Below the pieces are notes generated by a model. It saw only the letters and a program-made list of their open reading frames with translations, made no database searches and was not told where the DNA came from. 35,288 bases of DNA. Origin: Atribacterota bacterium (GTDB lineage: Bacteria; Atribacterota; Phoenicimicrobiia; Phoenicimicrobiales; Phoenicimicrobiaceae). Positions 1 through 11,027 of this stretch are shown here, one piece after another (positions within the stretch are counted from its first letter, which is position 1; each line of letters starts with the position of its first letter). The DNA lies in NCBI GenBank assembly GCA_038203565.1, contig JBBRDV010000009.1:1-35288 (forward strand), in the 5' to 3' direction. The translations under genes were made by a program, and so were the position numbers.

Positions 1-402
1 GGTTTTTTTTAAGGCTTTTTCTTTACCTAATTTTTGATGGAGCACTATAGCTTCTGAAATCTGTTCACCAATAGTATATACCGGGTTTAAGGAGGTCATT
101 GGTTCCTGGAAGATCATGGAAATATCGTTCCCTCTAATCTTTCTCATTTCTTCGGGGTTTTTCTTTAGTAATTCTTCACCTTTAAAGCAAATTTCACCGC
201 TAACAATCTTCCCCGGTGGTTCCTGAATCAATCTTAATACGGAAAGAGCAGTAACGCTTTTTCCACAGCCTGACTCACCTACCATGCCCAGTGTTTCCCC
301 TTTTCTTATGGTAAAATCAACACCATCAACTGCTTTAACCACACCATCATCAGTATAAAAATAGGTCTTTAAATCTTTAACCTGTAACAGTAAATCCTCC
401 AT
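1..402 (-). CDS. oppD: Oligopeptide/dipeptide ABC transporter ATP-binding protein (OppD/DppD-like), 3' part runs off the window
   Basis: Not in the ORF track. My translation from ATG at 402 gives [52 protein letters not shown]...[20 protein letters not shown], with Walker A and the OppD-type Q-loop. Confidence 0.93.
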   Translation of the reverse strand, partial: MEDLLLQVKDLKTYFYTDDGVVKAVDGVDFTIRKGETLGMVGESGCGKSVTALSVLRLIQEPPGKIVSGEICFKGEELLKKNPEEMRKIRGNDISMIFQEPMTSLNPVYTIGEQISEAIVLHQKLGKEKALKKT

Positions 403-514
403 TTACCTTTTCCCTCCATTAAACACTTATTTTTACATCATTCACTTTAATTTTGAATTTTCTATTTTACTCCTAATGGGTTCCGAATACACCTTCCTCA
501 CAAAGAATTTCCCT

Positions 515-739
515 CTATTTAATTAAACTAAGTAAAAGCGAAGACAACATAAAAAGCACCGCTATAACAGTAGTAAGTTTCATTAAAAATGCTTCTTTGC
601 CTTTCTTCCCTCCATAATCGGCAGTTGTCCCTCCACCAAAAATACCTGAAGCTCTACTTGACTTTCTATGCTGAAGTATCACTGCTAAAATCAAAGCTAT
701 GCTTGTGATAATCTGAATTATCATTAATGTTATAGGCAT
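515..739 (-). CDS. secG: Preprotein translocase subunit SecG
   Basis: 74 aa, two TM segments flanking a Gly-rich loop (ILQ...GIFGGG...LMKLT); lies downstream of tpiA; GAGGAG SD. Confidence 0.9.
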   Translation of the reverse strand: MPITLMIIQIITSIALILAVILQHRKSSRASGIFGGGTTADYGGKKGKEAFLMKLTTVIAVLFMLSSLLLSLIK

Positions 740-1092
740 TCTGTAACTCCTCTCATAAAAATTAGATTAAATTAGTCGTTAGTCATTAGTATTAAATATA
801 AAATACAAGGTACACAATTAGAGCTCTTAAACACAACTATTTTATTTACAATAGACTTACCCTGTTAAGCAAGTATCTACTAAGTGCTAAGCAGGGCTTT
901 GGAAAAAGGAAATTTCTATACAATATATTTATTCTCTCAACAATTTCGGTTTTTTATTTTAACACAATTATAGGTTAAGTTCAAGATATCTAAAGAAAGT
1001 ATCGAGTATCAAGTTAAGAAAGAGAAGAAAAGATACAAAAAAAGTAGTATTCTTCTTTTTATCTAACTACCCCGCTAAAGTTTACACTTACT

Positions 1093-1854
1093 TTATAATA
1101 TTTCAGTTGCTTTTACTATTTGAGAGAAACTTAAAGCATGTAAACTTGCTCCCCCAACTAAAGCTCCATCAATATCTGATTCATTCATAAACTCAGAAAT
1201 ATTTTGAGGGTTTACACTCCCACCATACAAGATTCTTATTCGTTCAGCTATTTTACTTCCATATTCAGAGGAAAATAATTCTCTAATAAATTTAATTACT
1301 ATATTAGCATCCTGCGAGCTACTAGACCTGCCTGTACCGATAGCCCATATAGGTTCATAGGCTACAATTATTCTTCCTGCTAAGGTAGAATCGATTTTTG
1401 AAAATAAAGCCTTAATCTCCTGTTCTATTAGAGCCTTGGTTTCACCACTTTCTCTTTCCTTTAAATTTTCGCCTACACACACGATAGGTACAAGATTAAC
1501 TGAAAGTGCGGTTTCGGTCTTCTTGGCAACCTCTTCAGAAGTCTCTTTAAAATATTGTCTTCTCTCGGAATGACCCAGTATTATATATTCACATCCCACA
1601 TCTTTAAGCATCAGGGGAGATGTTTCTCCGGTAAATGCCCCTTTGGTTTCCCAATATATATTCTGAGCTCCCAGATGGATGTTTGTGCCATTAATTATCT
1701 CTTTTACCACCCAAAGAGAAGTAAAAGGTGGACAAACTACAATATCTACTCCTTTGATTCCACGAACAAAATCTTTTAGTTCTTTAACCAAAGATACTGA
1801 TTCTACGATATTTTTATTCATCTTCCAGTTTCCAGCAATTACTGGAATACGCAT
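1093..1854 (-). CDS. tpiA: Triosephosphate isomerase
   Basis: Motifs AGNWKMN, GHSERR, AYEPIWAIGTG, YGGSV, LVGGAS. Confidence 0.99.
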   Translation of the reverse strand: MRIPVIAGNWKMNKNIVESVSLVKELKDFVRGIKGVDIVVCPPFTSLWVVKEIINGTNIHLGAQNIYWETKGAFTGETSPLMLKDVGCEYIILGHSERRQYFKETSEEVAKKTETALSVNLVPIVCVGENLKERESGETKALIEQEIKALFSKIDSTLAGRIIVAYEPIWAIGTGRSSSSQDANIVIKFIRELFSSEYGSKIAERIRILYGGSVNPQNISEFMNESDIDGALVGGASLHALSFSQIVKATEIL

Positions 1855-1879
1855 TATTTTAACCCCCGTCTATCTAATT

Positions 1880-2043
1880 TAGTATATCGTATCGAGTATC
1901 GAATATTGCGTTAGAAAGTCATAATTTAAAATTTAAAACTTTTTCTTTTATTTTATACATAATATGTATTAATATTACTGGATATTACAAGTATTAACTT
2001 TTATATACTCATTATTATTTTCTTAACGATATACGATATACTA
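1880..2043. repeat. Heptamer-period repeat element with 13-bp perfect inverted arms
   Basis: TAGTATATCGTAT (1880-1892) and ATACGATATACTA (2031-2043) bracket the AT-rich gap-tpiA spacer. Confidence 0.6.
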
Positions 2044-2053
2044 TATACTATAT

Positions 2054-3067
<1,014 letters not shown>

Positions 3068-3167
3068 TTATTTTAATAAATTACTAATTAATCAGCTAGT
3101 TAGTTGGTCACTTGGTTAGTTTGGTTAATAAATTAATATCAAACCAGTGAACTAGGTAACTAGCTAA

Positions 3168-4655
3168 CTAAATACTAAATCTTTTACGCAGATTAGAAGA
3201 TGGTATTTTCAATATCTCTCGATATTTAGCCACTGTTCGCCGAGAAATATTTACCCCGCCTTTTTCGCTCAATAAATCTGCTAACTTCTGATCACTACAT
3301 GGTTTTAAACAATTCTCATTGCTGACATATTCTTTTACTAACTTTTTTATCTTATCGGTAGAGACAGTGCCTCCGCTTTTCTTGTTCACTCCTTTAGAAA
3401 AGAAAAATTTCATCTTAAGAAGTCCCCGAGGAGTTTGCATCATCTTGTTCTGAATCGCCCTTGACACAGTAGATTCGTGAATTTCTAATCTGTCTGCTAA
3501 CTTCCTTAAAGTTAGGGGTTTTATATATAAAATTCCTTTATCTAAAAAACCCTTCTGGTATTCTATTAAAGTTTCAGCAATACGATATATAGTTTTTTTT
3601 CTCTGCTCTATACCTTTAATTAACCACATGGCAGAATTTAATTTTTCTTCGACATATTTTTTAGTATCTTTGATCTTATGGTCAGAAATACTTCCCTTTT
3701 TAATTAGTTTTCCTTTGTCATAAGGGGAAATATTATTACCTGCTTCCAAAATCGTTTTATAGCGAGGATTTATCTCTATTTGAGGCAAATAACTATCATT
3801 AAAAATTACTCTGTATCCCCCTCCTATTTTCCTGATTATTACCAAATCGGGAAGTATATATTTGACCTCCTTGAAGTTTCCCACTCTTCTGCCGGGTTTA
3901 GGGTCAAAGGAGTTTTTAATTACATCAGCCAAAGATTGAACTTCAGATACAGATATTTTCAGATCTTTAGCAATTATCTTAAATGATTTCCGGGCTAAAT
4001 CCTGTAAATGGTATTTTATTATCTTCTCAATTTTTATATCGCTAATGTCCAGATATTTTATCTGAATTAATAGACATTCTTGTAGATTTCTTGCTCCCAC
4101 TCCAGGCGGGTCAAACCTTTGAATCAAAGATAATATCTTTTTTATTTTATCTCTTTTTATGTTTAAATCAAGAGAAATATCATCTAAGCCAACCGTTAAA
4201 TAACCGTTATCGTCTATGCTGCCTATTAAATATTCACCAATCTTATAATCAATATCACTGCTTACCGCTATACCTAATTGAATTAGCAGATAATCTTGTA
4301 ATGATTCTCTATAATAAATAAAATTTTCATCTCTATTTTCTTTCTCCGCTACAGATCTATCGGGCAAAGGTGGATAATCTTTTTCTTTGAGATAACTTAA
4401 CCAATCATTAAAGTTATTCTCTTCTCTTCCTTGATTAGATTCTTCGGTTTGAGTTAAAGCATTTTCCTCTTGATTTACTTTTTCTGTTATTGAACCTGTT
4501 TCTTGTTTAACTTCTAATAAGGGATTATCTACTAATTCTTCATCGATTAAATCTTTTAGTTCAACTAAATTTAATTGTAATATACTAATCGCTTGATATA
4601 ATTGGGGAGTAAGAATTAATTTTTGTTTTTGTGTCAATGATAATTCAGGTTTCAT
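3168..4655 (-). CDS. rpoN: RNA polymerase sigma-54 factor
   Basis: Region I LTPQLYQAISILQL, DPPGVGARNLQECL, HESTVSRA and RpoN box SRRTVAKYRE. Start moved to ATG 4655 (MKPELSL), which has a GGAG SD. Confidence 0.97.
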   Translation of the reverse strand: MKPELSLTQKQKLILTPQLYQAISILQLNLVELKDLIDEELVDNPLLEVKQETGSITEKVNQEENALTQTEESNQGREENNFNDWLSYLKEKDYPPLPDRSVAEKENRDENFIYYRESLQDYLLIQLGIAVSSDIDYKIGEYLIGSIDDNGYLTVGLDDISLDLNIKRDKIKKILSLIQRFDPPGVGARNLQECLLIQIKYLDISDIKIEKIIKYHLQDLARKSFKIIAKDLKISVSEVQSLADVIKNSFDPKPGRRVGNFKEVKYILPDLVIIRKIGGGYRVIFNDSYLPQIEINPRYKTILEAGNNISPYDKGKLIKKGSISDHKIKDTKKYVEEKLNSAMWLIKGIEQRKKTIYRIAETLIEYQKGFLDKGILYIKPLTLRKLADRLEIHESTVSRAIQNKMMQTPRGLLKMKFFFSKGVNKKSGGTVSTDKIKKLVKEYVSNENCLKPCSDQKLADLLSEKGGVNISRRTVAKYREILKIPSSNLRKRFSI

Positions 4656-4790
4656 CTCACAAACTCCACTATTATCTTGTTTATGATATTGGCACACCTT
4701 ATATATAATTTTTTCAAAATATAAAATATTTTCTATGCCTTATTAGAATATAAAACGAGCTTGGGTACTAAAACTTAAATTAAACTTCAT

Positions 4791-5897
4791 CTAAACTATA
4801 ACCAATAAAGTTTTTGGATCAAAAAGATGAGTCTTTTCCATATCTAATACTACTTCCATACTTTGGTCGACTTCTATCTGGGTACGTGAATCCATTTTCC
4901 CTATTACAGAGTGCTTTCCGCAAGTAAGGTAAATAAAGATCTCTGCCCCCAAGGGTTCAATCACTTCTGCTTTAGTATTTATAGTATTAGAAATAGAAGG
5001 TGTAGTGTTAGAAACGAATTGCTTATCATGAAGATCCTCAGGTCTTACTCCAAAGATCACTTCTTTCCCGGCATAATCTGCTATTTTAGAATAAAAAGCC
5101 TGGGGAGCTTTTACTTTAAAACTTTCTGCATCGATAAAATAGTCTCCATTTTCCTTTACAATTTTAGAATCTATAAAATTCATTGCCGGAGAACCGATAA
5201 AACCAGCCACAAATTTATTATTCGGTTTTCTATAAACTTCTAAAGGTGCACCTATTTGGTGTACACGGCCCTCATTCATGATAAATATTCTACTAGCCAT
5301 AGTCATTGCTTCTACCTGATCATGAGTTACATAAATGATAGTAGCCTCTAATCTACGGTGAAGTTTGCTAATTTCTGCCCTCATGGCCACTCTTAACTTG
5401 GCATCCAAATTCGAAAGAGGTTCATCAAATAAAAACACTTTTGGTTTTCTTACTATGGCTCTTCCTACTGCCACTCGCTGCCTTTGTCCACCGGATAACT
5501 GCTTAGGTTTTCTCTTTAATAAGTTTTCTATCCCCAAAATCTCGGCTGCTTCCTGCACTCTTTGGTCTATCTCTTTCTTGGGAAATTTCCGCAATTTTAA
5601 TCCAAAAGCCATATTATTGTAAACATCCATATGAGGATAAAGAGCGTAGTTTTGAAATACCATAGCAATATCCCTATCTTTAGGCTGAACATCATTTACC
5701 AATTTATCGCCGATATATATCTCTCCCGTAGTTGCTTCCTCTAAACCGGCAATTGCCCGCAAGGTGGTAGTCTTTCCACAACCAGACGGACCGACTAAGA
5801 CTGCAAATTCTTTATCCATTATCTCTATACTTATATCATCTACTGCAACCACTTCTTTAAATTTTTTAGTAAGGTTCTTTAAGATGACATTTGACAT
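4791..5897 (-). CDS. Carbohydrate ABC transporter ATP-binding protein (MalK/MsmX/UgpC family)
   Basis: GPSGCGKT, VFQNYALYPH, LSGGQRQRVA, DEPLSNLDAKLR, C-terminal GVRPED TOBE region. No cognate permease nearby. Confidence 0.95.
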   Translation of the reverse strand: MSNVILKNLTKKFKEVVAVDDISIEIMDKEFAVLVGPSGCGKTTTLRAIAGLEEATTGEIYIGDKLVNDVQPKDRDIAMVFQNYALYPHMDVYNNMAFGLKLRKFPKKEIDQRVQEAAEILGIENLLKRKPKQLSGGQRQRVAVGRAIVRKPKVFLFDEPLSNLDAKLRVAMRAEISKLHRRLEATIIYVTHDQVEAMTMASRIFIMNEGRVHQIGAPLEVYRKPNNKFVAGFIGSPAMNFIDSKIVKENGDYFIDAESFKVKAPQAFYSKIADYAGKEVIFGVRPEDLHDKQFVSNTTPSISNTINTKAEVIEPLGAEIFIYLTCGKHSVIGKMDSRTQIEVDQSMEVVLDMEKTHLFDPKTLLVIV

Positions 5898-6037
5898 TTT
5901 AATTCCTCCCTTTTAATATAGTTGTATTATTTTATCAAAAAAATTTTAATATACCAAATTTAATTTTTATTTTATAAATTCATTTTCGCATCGCATATTA
6001 CCTATCGAGTATCGTATGAGGGAAAAAATTTTTTAGT

Positions 6038-6970
6038 TTATAAACTTTCCGCAATCTGAGATATTTTCTTTAACCGATGATAAATCCCCGATTTAGTAAT
6101 TTTAAAATCTACTTCCTCAGCTAATTCCTGCAAACTAGCATAAGGTAGATTCTTACGTACTTCAGCTACCAACGATAATCTCGGTGAAAGATGCTGCAAA
6201 CCTATTTTCTTTTCTATCACATCAATATCGTGTAACTGTTTAGCTGCAGAAAGAACTATTTTATCTAAATTTGCCGTTTCGCAATTAACTAATCTATTTA
6301 CAATATTTAAGACGTCTTTTCTGGCTCTTATATCCTGAAAATATAATAAAGCATTCTGAAGCCCGATTAATCTTAAAAATTCAAATATGCTATCCCCTCT
6401 CTTTAAATATGCTAACCATTTCTTCTTCCAAAAACTTATCCGAGAGTTTAAACCATAATAGTTAAAGAGAGTATGGATAAAATTTGCTTCGTCTTCATTA
6501 TTTGTGGAAATTTCTAAGTGATACATCTTTTCCGGATCATTTACAAATCCATTTACCAAAAAGGCTCCTCTTAAATACGAATCTTTAGAAAAATTTTTAT
6601 TTAAATTTAATCTTTTTCCTACGATATACTGTTTGTGGGGTATGGGTTCATTTCCCCAGCTTAAATTCAGTTCTTTTAAAATTCTCTCAGTTTCTTTTAA
6701 AAAAGGAATTTTAACTTTATATTGTTTTTTTGTATTTGATAAATTTTCTTTTTTAACTGAGGGACAAATTTCAAAAACCCTTTTAATCAATTTATAAGCA
6801 GTTCGTGTGGTAGTAGGGTCTTCTAAAATAATAACTAAATTTTTCTTCTGACCCGTTTTAACCATATTTCCTTTTAATTTTATAAATGCCAGCAATTCAT
6901 CCCTCTGTTCAGATATATTCCTGGGAATTATCCTGGCTAATTCAGTTTTTACTCGGTAAGAAAATAACAT
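6038..6970 (-). CDS. whiA: DNA-binding protein WhiA
   Basis: FSYRVKTEL, YLRGAFL, YHLE, NRLVNCETANLDK, C-terminal HTH SLQELAE...KSGIYHRL. Confidence 0.95.
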   Translation of the reverse strand: MLFSYRVKTELARIIPRNISEQRDELLAFIKLKGNMVKTGQKKNLVIILEDPTTTRTAYKLIKRVFEICPSVKKENLSNTKKQYKVKIPFLKETERILKELNLSWGNEPIPHKQYIVGKRLNLNKNFSKDSYLRGAFLVNGFVNDPEKMYHLEISTNNEDEANFIHTLFNYYGLNSRISFWKKKWLAYLKRGDSIFEFLRLIGLQNALLYFQDIRARKDVLNIVNRLVNCETANLDKIVLSAAKQLHDIDVIEKKIGLQHLSPRLSLVAEVRKNLPYASLQELAEEVDFKITKSGIYHRLKKISQIAESL

Positions 6971-7028
6971 ATAACTCTTTCTTTGGTATATTTTTTGAAC
7001 TTTTTTCGTATAAAATATTGTTTTTAAA

Positions 7029-7088
7029 GTAAGGGTCGTATTTATCTGTCCCGTTTTTATTGCAGGTTCGATAAATTGAGCCTCTTAC
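7029..7088. repeat. Degenerate REP-doublet (REPIN/BIME-like)
   Basis: GTAAGGGTCGTATTTATCTGTCCC faces an inverted GTAAGAGGCTCAATTTATCGAACCTGC; resembles GTAG-type REPs with an ATTTAT loop. Confidence 0.4.
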
Positions 7089-7147
7089 ACTAAATTTTTA
7101 TACATTCTATGGCTCTGCTCTTCTCGCTTTAAGTTTTTAGTCAAATC

Positions 7148-8035
7148 TCATAAGTCACCTTTAATCTTTCTTTCTTCTTTATTTATATCTCTGTGTTTCA
7201 CAAATAACTTATATTCTTTCCCCCCTAAATAATTTGCTAAATTATTTATTAAAACCACCGATCTATGTATGCCCCCGGTGCATCCGAAAGCAATAGACAG
7301 ATATGTCTTACCTTCTTTAATATAATAAGGGATTAAATAATTCAACAAATTAAAATAAACTTCTATAAAATGTTGGGTTACAGGAAATTCGGCTACATAT
7401 TTTTCAATCTTCTCGTTGGTCCCCGGCAAATTTTTTAATTTATCTATATAGAAGGGATTGGGAAGAAATCTAACATCGAAGATTATGTCTACATCAATAG
7501 GAATGCCGTATTTATATCCAAAAGAAATTAGGGTTATCTGAATCTCTTGTTCTTTTCCCTTTATAAAATTCCTGATAATTTCATTACTTAATTGTTTGGG
7601 AGTTAAATCAGAAGTATCTATTATTAAGTTAGCTTGTGACCTTAATTCTTTTAATTGTTCTCTCTCTGCTTGTATGTTTTCCAGAATGTTGTTTGAAATA
7701 TTTAGAGGATGTTTTCTCCTGGTTCCGCTAAATCGGTGCATCAACATCTCATCATTTGCTTCTAAAAATAATATCTCTCGATTAATCCCTAATTCTTTTA
7801 AATAATCAAGTGATTCGTATAAATCCTTAAAAAATATCCCTCCTCTTATATCTACCACTAAAGCAATCTTTGACAGTTTCCCCTTTGATTTTAAACAAAT
7901 TTCAGCAAATTTGAGGATTAGCTGGGAAGGGATATTATCTACACAAAAAAACTCAGAATCTTCAAAGCACTTGACCGCTATACTTTTTCCTGCACCAGAA
8001 AGACCAGTAATTATGACAAATCTAGTTGTATCCAA
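7148..8035 (-). CDS. rapZ: RNase adapter RapZ / YvcJ P-loop protein
   Basis: GLSGAGKS, FCVDN, SFGYKYGIP, DVRFLPNPF, GCTGGxHRSV; TTG start. Confidence 0.95.
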   Translation of the reverse strand: MDTTRFVIITGLSGAGKSIAVKCFEDSEFFCVDNIPSQLILKFAEICLKSKGKLSKIALVVDIRGGIFFKDLYESLDYLKELGINREILFLEANDEMLMHRFSGTRRKHPLNISNNILENIQAEREQLKELRSQANLIIDTSDLTPKQLSNEIIRNFIKGKEQEIQITLISFGYKYGIPIDVDIIFDVRFLPNPFYIDKLKNLPGTNEKIEKYVAEFPVTQHFIEVYFNLLNYLIPYYIKEGKTYLSIAFGCTGGIHRSVVLINNLANYLGGKEYKLFVKHRDINKEERKIKGDL

Positions 8036-8050
8036 TTTCTTCCCCCATGC

Positions 8051-8215
8051 TTAGTTATTAGTTCTTGGTTTTTAGTTATTAGTTTATGGTTTTTAGATGA
8101 AAAAAATCAGTTTTCAGTTTACTGTAAGGCTTTTTAAAACTTGAAACTCGCAACTCGTTACTTATTACTAATTACTGTATTTCTATACGCTAAACGCTGC
8201 CCGCTCTATGCTATA
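8051..8215. repeat. Degenerate heptamer tandem arrays
   Basis: TTAGTTA-TTAGTTC-TTGGTTT-TTAGTTA-TTAGTTT-ATGGTTT (from 8051); AAACTTG-AAACTCG-CAACTCG-TTACTTA-TTACTAA (from 8137); ATACGCT-AAACGCT-GCCCGCT-CTATGCT (about 8185-8212). Confidence 0.65.
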
Positions 8216-9892
8216 CTACATACTCTCCGGAGCTGAAATCCCTAAAATCTTAAAGGTATTAAATAATACTATCCTGGTGCAATCGATTAATATCAAGCGA
8301 GCTTTAGTCAATTCTTTGTCTTCAGTAATTACCCGGTGTACAGTATAATACTTATGGAACGAAGAAGCTAAATCATAAAGATAAGTAGTTAAAAGATGTG
8401 GTTTCCAGGTTAAAGCGCTCTTTCTAACCACTTCTTTTAGGGAAGATAGTTTTTTAATCAATTCAATCTCTTCCTCTTTATCCAATAAGTGAAGATTAAC
8501 TTCTTTGTTTTTATCAATTTTTATTCCTTCCTGTTCAGCTTTTTTTATTATACTACATATCCTCGCATAAGCATACTGAATATAATATACCGGGTTTTCC
8601 ATAGATTGAGATTTAGCCACATCAAGATCAAATTCGGTATGACTATCATAACCCCTCATCAAAAAGAAGTAACGCGCCACGTCTTTGCCTACTTCCCGTA
8701 TTAAATCTCTTAGAGTAACGAATTCTCCTCCTCGAGTCGACATGCCTACTTCTTTGCCGTCTTTTAGTAAAGTAACGAACTGCACAATTAACACATCCAA
8801 AAAACCTTCAGGATAACCCAGGGCTTGTGTCGCGGCTTTCATTCTTTTAATATAGCCGTGATGGTCAGCGCCCCAAACATCTATTACCTTATCAAATCCC
8901 CGCTGATACTTATTTTGATGGTACGCAATATCAGAAGCAAAATAAGTAGGAATATTATTTGCCCGAATGACTACTCTGTCTTTTTCGTCACCAAAGTCGG
9001 TAGACTTTAACCAGAATGCACCTTCTTTTTCATAAAGAAAACCTCGCTGCTTGAGTAATTCTATCACTTCTTGAAGTATATTCTGCTTATAAAGCGACCT
9101 TTCGCTAAACCAAACATCAAATTCTACTCCAAAATCTCTTAAATCTTTTTTAATTCCTGATAAAATATTTTTTAAGGTAAACACTTTAAAAAACTCTTGG
9201 GTTTCTTTATCGTCTCTTCCTTTATACTTGTCTTGAAATTTATCTATCACTTCTTTGGCTATATCGACAATATATTCGCCTTTATAACCATCAGCGGGAA
9301 ATTCTTCCTTCCCTCCTAAAAGGCTATTGTATCTTGCTTGAACCGATTCGCCTAAGAGGTTGATCTGTCTCCCCTGGTCATTTATATAGTATTCTTTTTC
9401 TACTTCATATCCTGCTGCTTTTAATATGCTGCTTAAAGCATCTCCTACTGCTGCACATTTTCCATGGCCGACATGCAAGGGGCCGGTAGGATTAACGCTG
9501 ACAAATTCTACTTGAATTCTCTTCCCTTGACCTAAATTTACTTTACCATAATTCTCTCCCTGCTCTCTAATTTCATCCAGAATCTTATATAACCAATTCT
9601 CATTCAACCAAAAATTTATAAAACCTGGTCCGGCAATTTTAACTTTATCTATCATTGCACCCTGGAAATCTAAATTATTTACAATAAAATTAGCAATATC
9701 TAAGGGTTTTGACTTCAATCCTCGGGATAATTGCATAGCGATATTAGTGGATAAGTCTCCATGGGATTCATTTTTAGGGATTAGTAATATTATTTTGGGG
9801 ATGTCCTTAATCTGAAAATTATCCTGCCTTATATTTTTTTTTATAGAATCTAACAAAATCTCTTCAATTTGATCGGCTAAATTAATTTTCAT
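8216..9892 (-). CDS. argS: Arginine--tRNA ligase
   Basis: EFVSVNPTGPLHVGHG (HIGH), WGADHHGY, MSTRGG, NPVYYIQYAYARICSI, C-terminal APESM. Confidence 0.98.
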   Translation of the reverse strand: MKINLADQIEEILLDSIKKNIRQDNFQIKDIPKIILLIPKNESHGDLSTNIAMQLSRGLKSKPLDIANFIVNNLDFQGAMIDKVKIAGPGFINFWLNENWLYKILDEIREQGENYGKVNLGQGKRIQVEFVSVNPTGPLHVGHGKCAAVGDALSSILKAAGYEVEKEYYINDQGRQINLLGESVQARYNSLLGGKEEFPADGYKGEYIVDIAKEVIDKFQDKYKGRDDKETQEFFKVFTLKNILSGIKKDLRDFGVEFDVWFSERSLYKQNILQEVIELLKQRGFLYEKEGAFWLKSTDFGDEKDRVVIRANNIPTYFASDIAYHQNKYQRGFDKVIDVWGADHHGYIKRMKAATQALGYPEGFLDVLIVQFVTLLKDGKEVGMSTRGGEFVTLRDLIREVGKDVARYFFLMRGYDSHTEFDLDVAKSQSMENPVYYIQYAYARICSIIKKAEQEGIKIDKNKEVNLHLLDKEEEIELIKKLSSLKEVVRKSALTWKPHLLTTYLYDLASSFHKYYTVHRVITEDKELTKARLILIDCTRIVLFNTFKILGISAPESM

Positions 9893-9938
9893 TCAAAAAT
9901 CCCCTAATTAGTTATTTTGGATAAAATGATTTTGAGTA

Positions 9939-10014
9939 TGGTGCGCCCGAGAAGAGTCGAACTTCCAACCAAGGGCTTAGGAAGCCCCTGCTCTATCCAT
10001 TGAGCCACGGGCGC
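9939..10014 (-). tRNA. tRNA-Arg(CCT)
   Basis: GCGCCCGTGGCTCAATGGATAGAGCAGGGGCTT-CCT-AAGCCCTTGGTTGGAAGTTCGACTCTTCTCGGGCGCA-CCA; 76 nt cloverleaf with encoded CCA. Confidence 0.96.
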
Positions 10015-10023
10015 ATAAGAGAC

Positions 10024-10995
10024 CTATTTCATTCGTGGATCCAAAGCATCGCGTAACCCATCACCCAAAAAATTAAAAGCCATCATGCTGATAGCTAAGG
10101 CTAATCCTGGGTATATAGCTAAATGAGGATAAGAACGAATAGCTTTATATCCTTCTGATATCATCATTCCCCAACTCGGAGTAGGAGGATTTACTCCTAA
10201 ACCGATGAAACTCAAAAATGCTTCAAAGGTAATATATCCGGGTATTGCCAGAGTTACTCTTACAATACAGGGACCTATCAAGTTAGGTAATACATGTTTT
10301 AATATTATCTGTAAATTAAAGTTTCCTGTTGCCCGAGCGGCCTCTACAAATTCCTTTTCCCGTAAGGAGAGAGCCATTCCCCGGGCTATTCTGGCCATTT
10401 CAAGCCAGGCAGTAACCCCTATACCGATGAAGATAAAAAATAGTCCACCAAAAGCCCTATCAACAACATTCAAGTATCCAACAAAAGTTCCGGGAGTAGC
10501 TATGGCAAAAGTAGATTTAAAAAGCACCATCAATAAAATAATTAACAATAAAGTAGGAAAGCCATACATAATATCCACAAAGCGCATCATAATATCATCA
10601 ACTTTTCCCCCATAATATCCCGAAACAACTCCGTAAAACATCCCGATTATAAAAGCAGTAAGAGCCCCAACTATGCCCACGCTCAAGGATATTCTGGTGC
10701 CATAAATAATCCTGCTTAAGAGATCCCTGCCCATAAAATCTGCTCCCAGTAAATACTTGGCACCTGGTTTAGCATAATTATCTAAAAGACTGCCTTCTGC
10801 ATAATGATAAGGAGCAATATAAGGAGCAAAAATTGCAAGAGTAAGTAAAACAAGAATGATTATTCCTCCCAGTACGGCCATTTTATTTTTTAATAATCTT
10901 CGAAAAGCATCTTTCCATAAACTCACTTCAGGTCTTTCATCAATAATTATCTTATCCTTAACTTCATTATCTCTTTCTTTTAAATTCACTTCCAA
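10024..10995 (-). CDS. oppC: Oligopeptide ABC transporter permease OppC
   Basis: SLWKDAFRRL N-terminus, LGADFMGRDLLSR, EFVEAARATG (EAA loop), PPTPSWG, GDGLRDALDPR; TTG start with AAGGAGG SD. Confidence 0.95.
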   Translation of the reverse strand: MEVNLKERDNEVKDKIIIDERPEVSLWKDAFRRLLKNKMAVLGGIIILVLLTLAIFAPYIAPYHYAEGSLLDNYAKPGAKYLLGADFMGRDLLSRIIYGTRISLSVGIVGALTAFIIGMFYGVVSGYYGGKVDDIMMRFVDIMYGFPTLLLIILLMVLFKSTFAIATPGTFVGYLNVVDRAFGGLFFIFIGIGVTAWLEMARIARGMALSLREKEFVEAARATGNFNLQIILKHVLPNLIGPCIVRVTLAIPGYITFEAFLSFIGLGVNPPTPSWGMMISEGYKAIRSYPHLAIYPGLALAISMMAFNFLGDGLRDALDPRMK

Positions 10996-11027
10996 GATTA
11001 TATATCCTCCTTAATTTTGTAATTATC

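Noticed and set aside
4689..4705. TTGGCAC upstream of rpoN (and CTGGCAC near 32293) as sigma-54 promoters
   Set aside because: No -12 TTGC at the required spacing, and both are on the strand opposite the genes.
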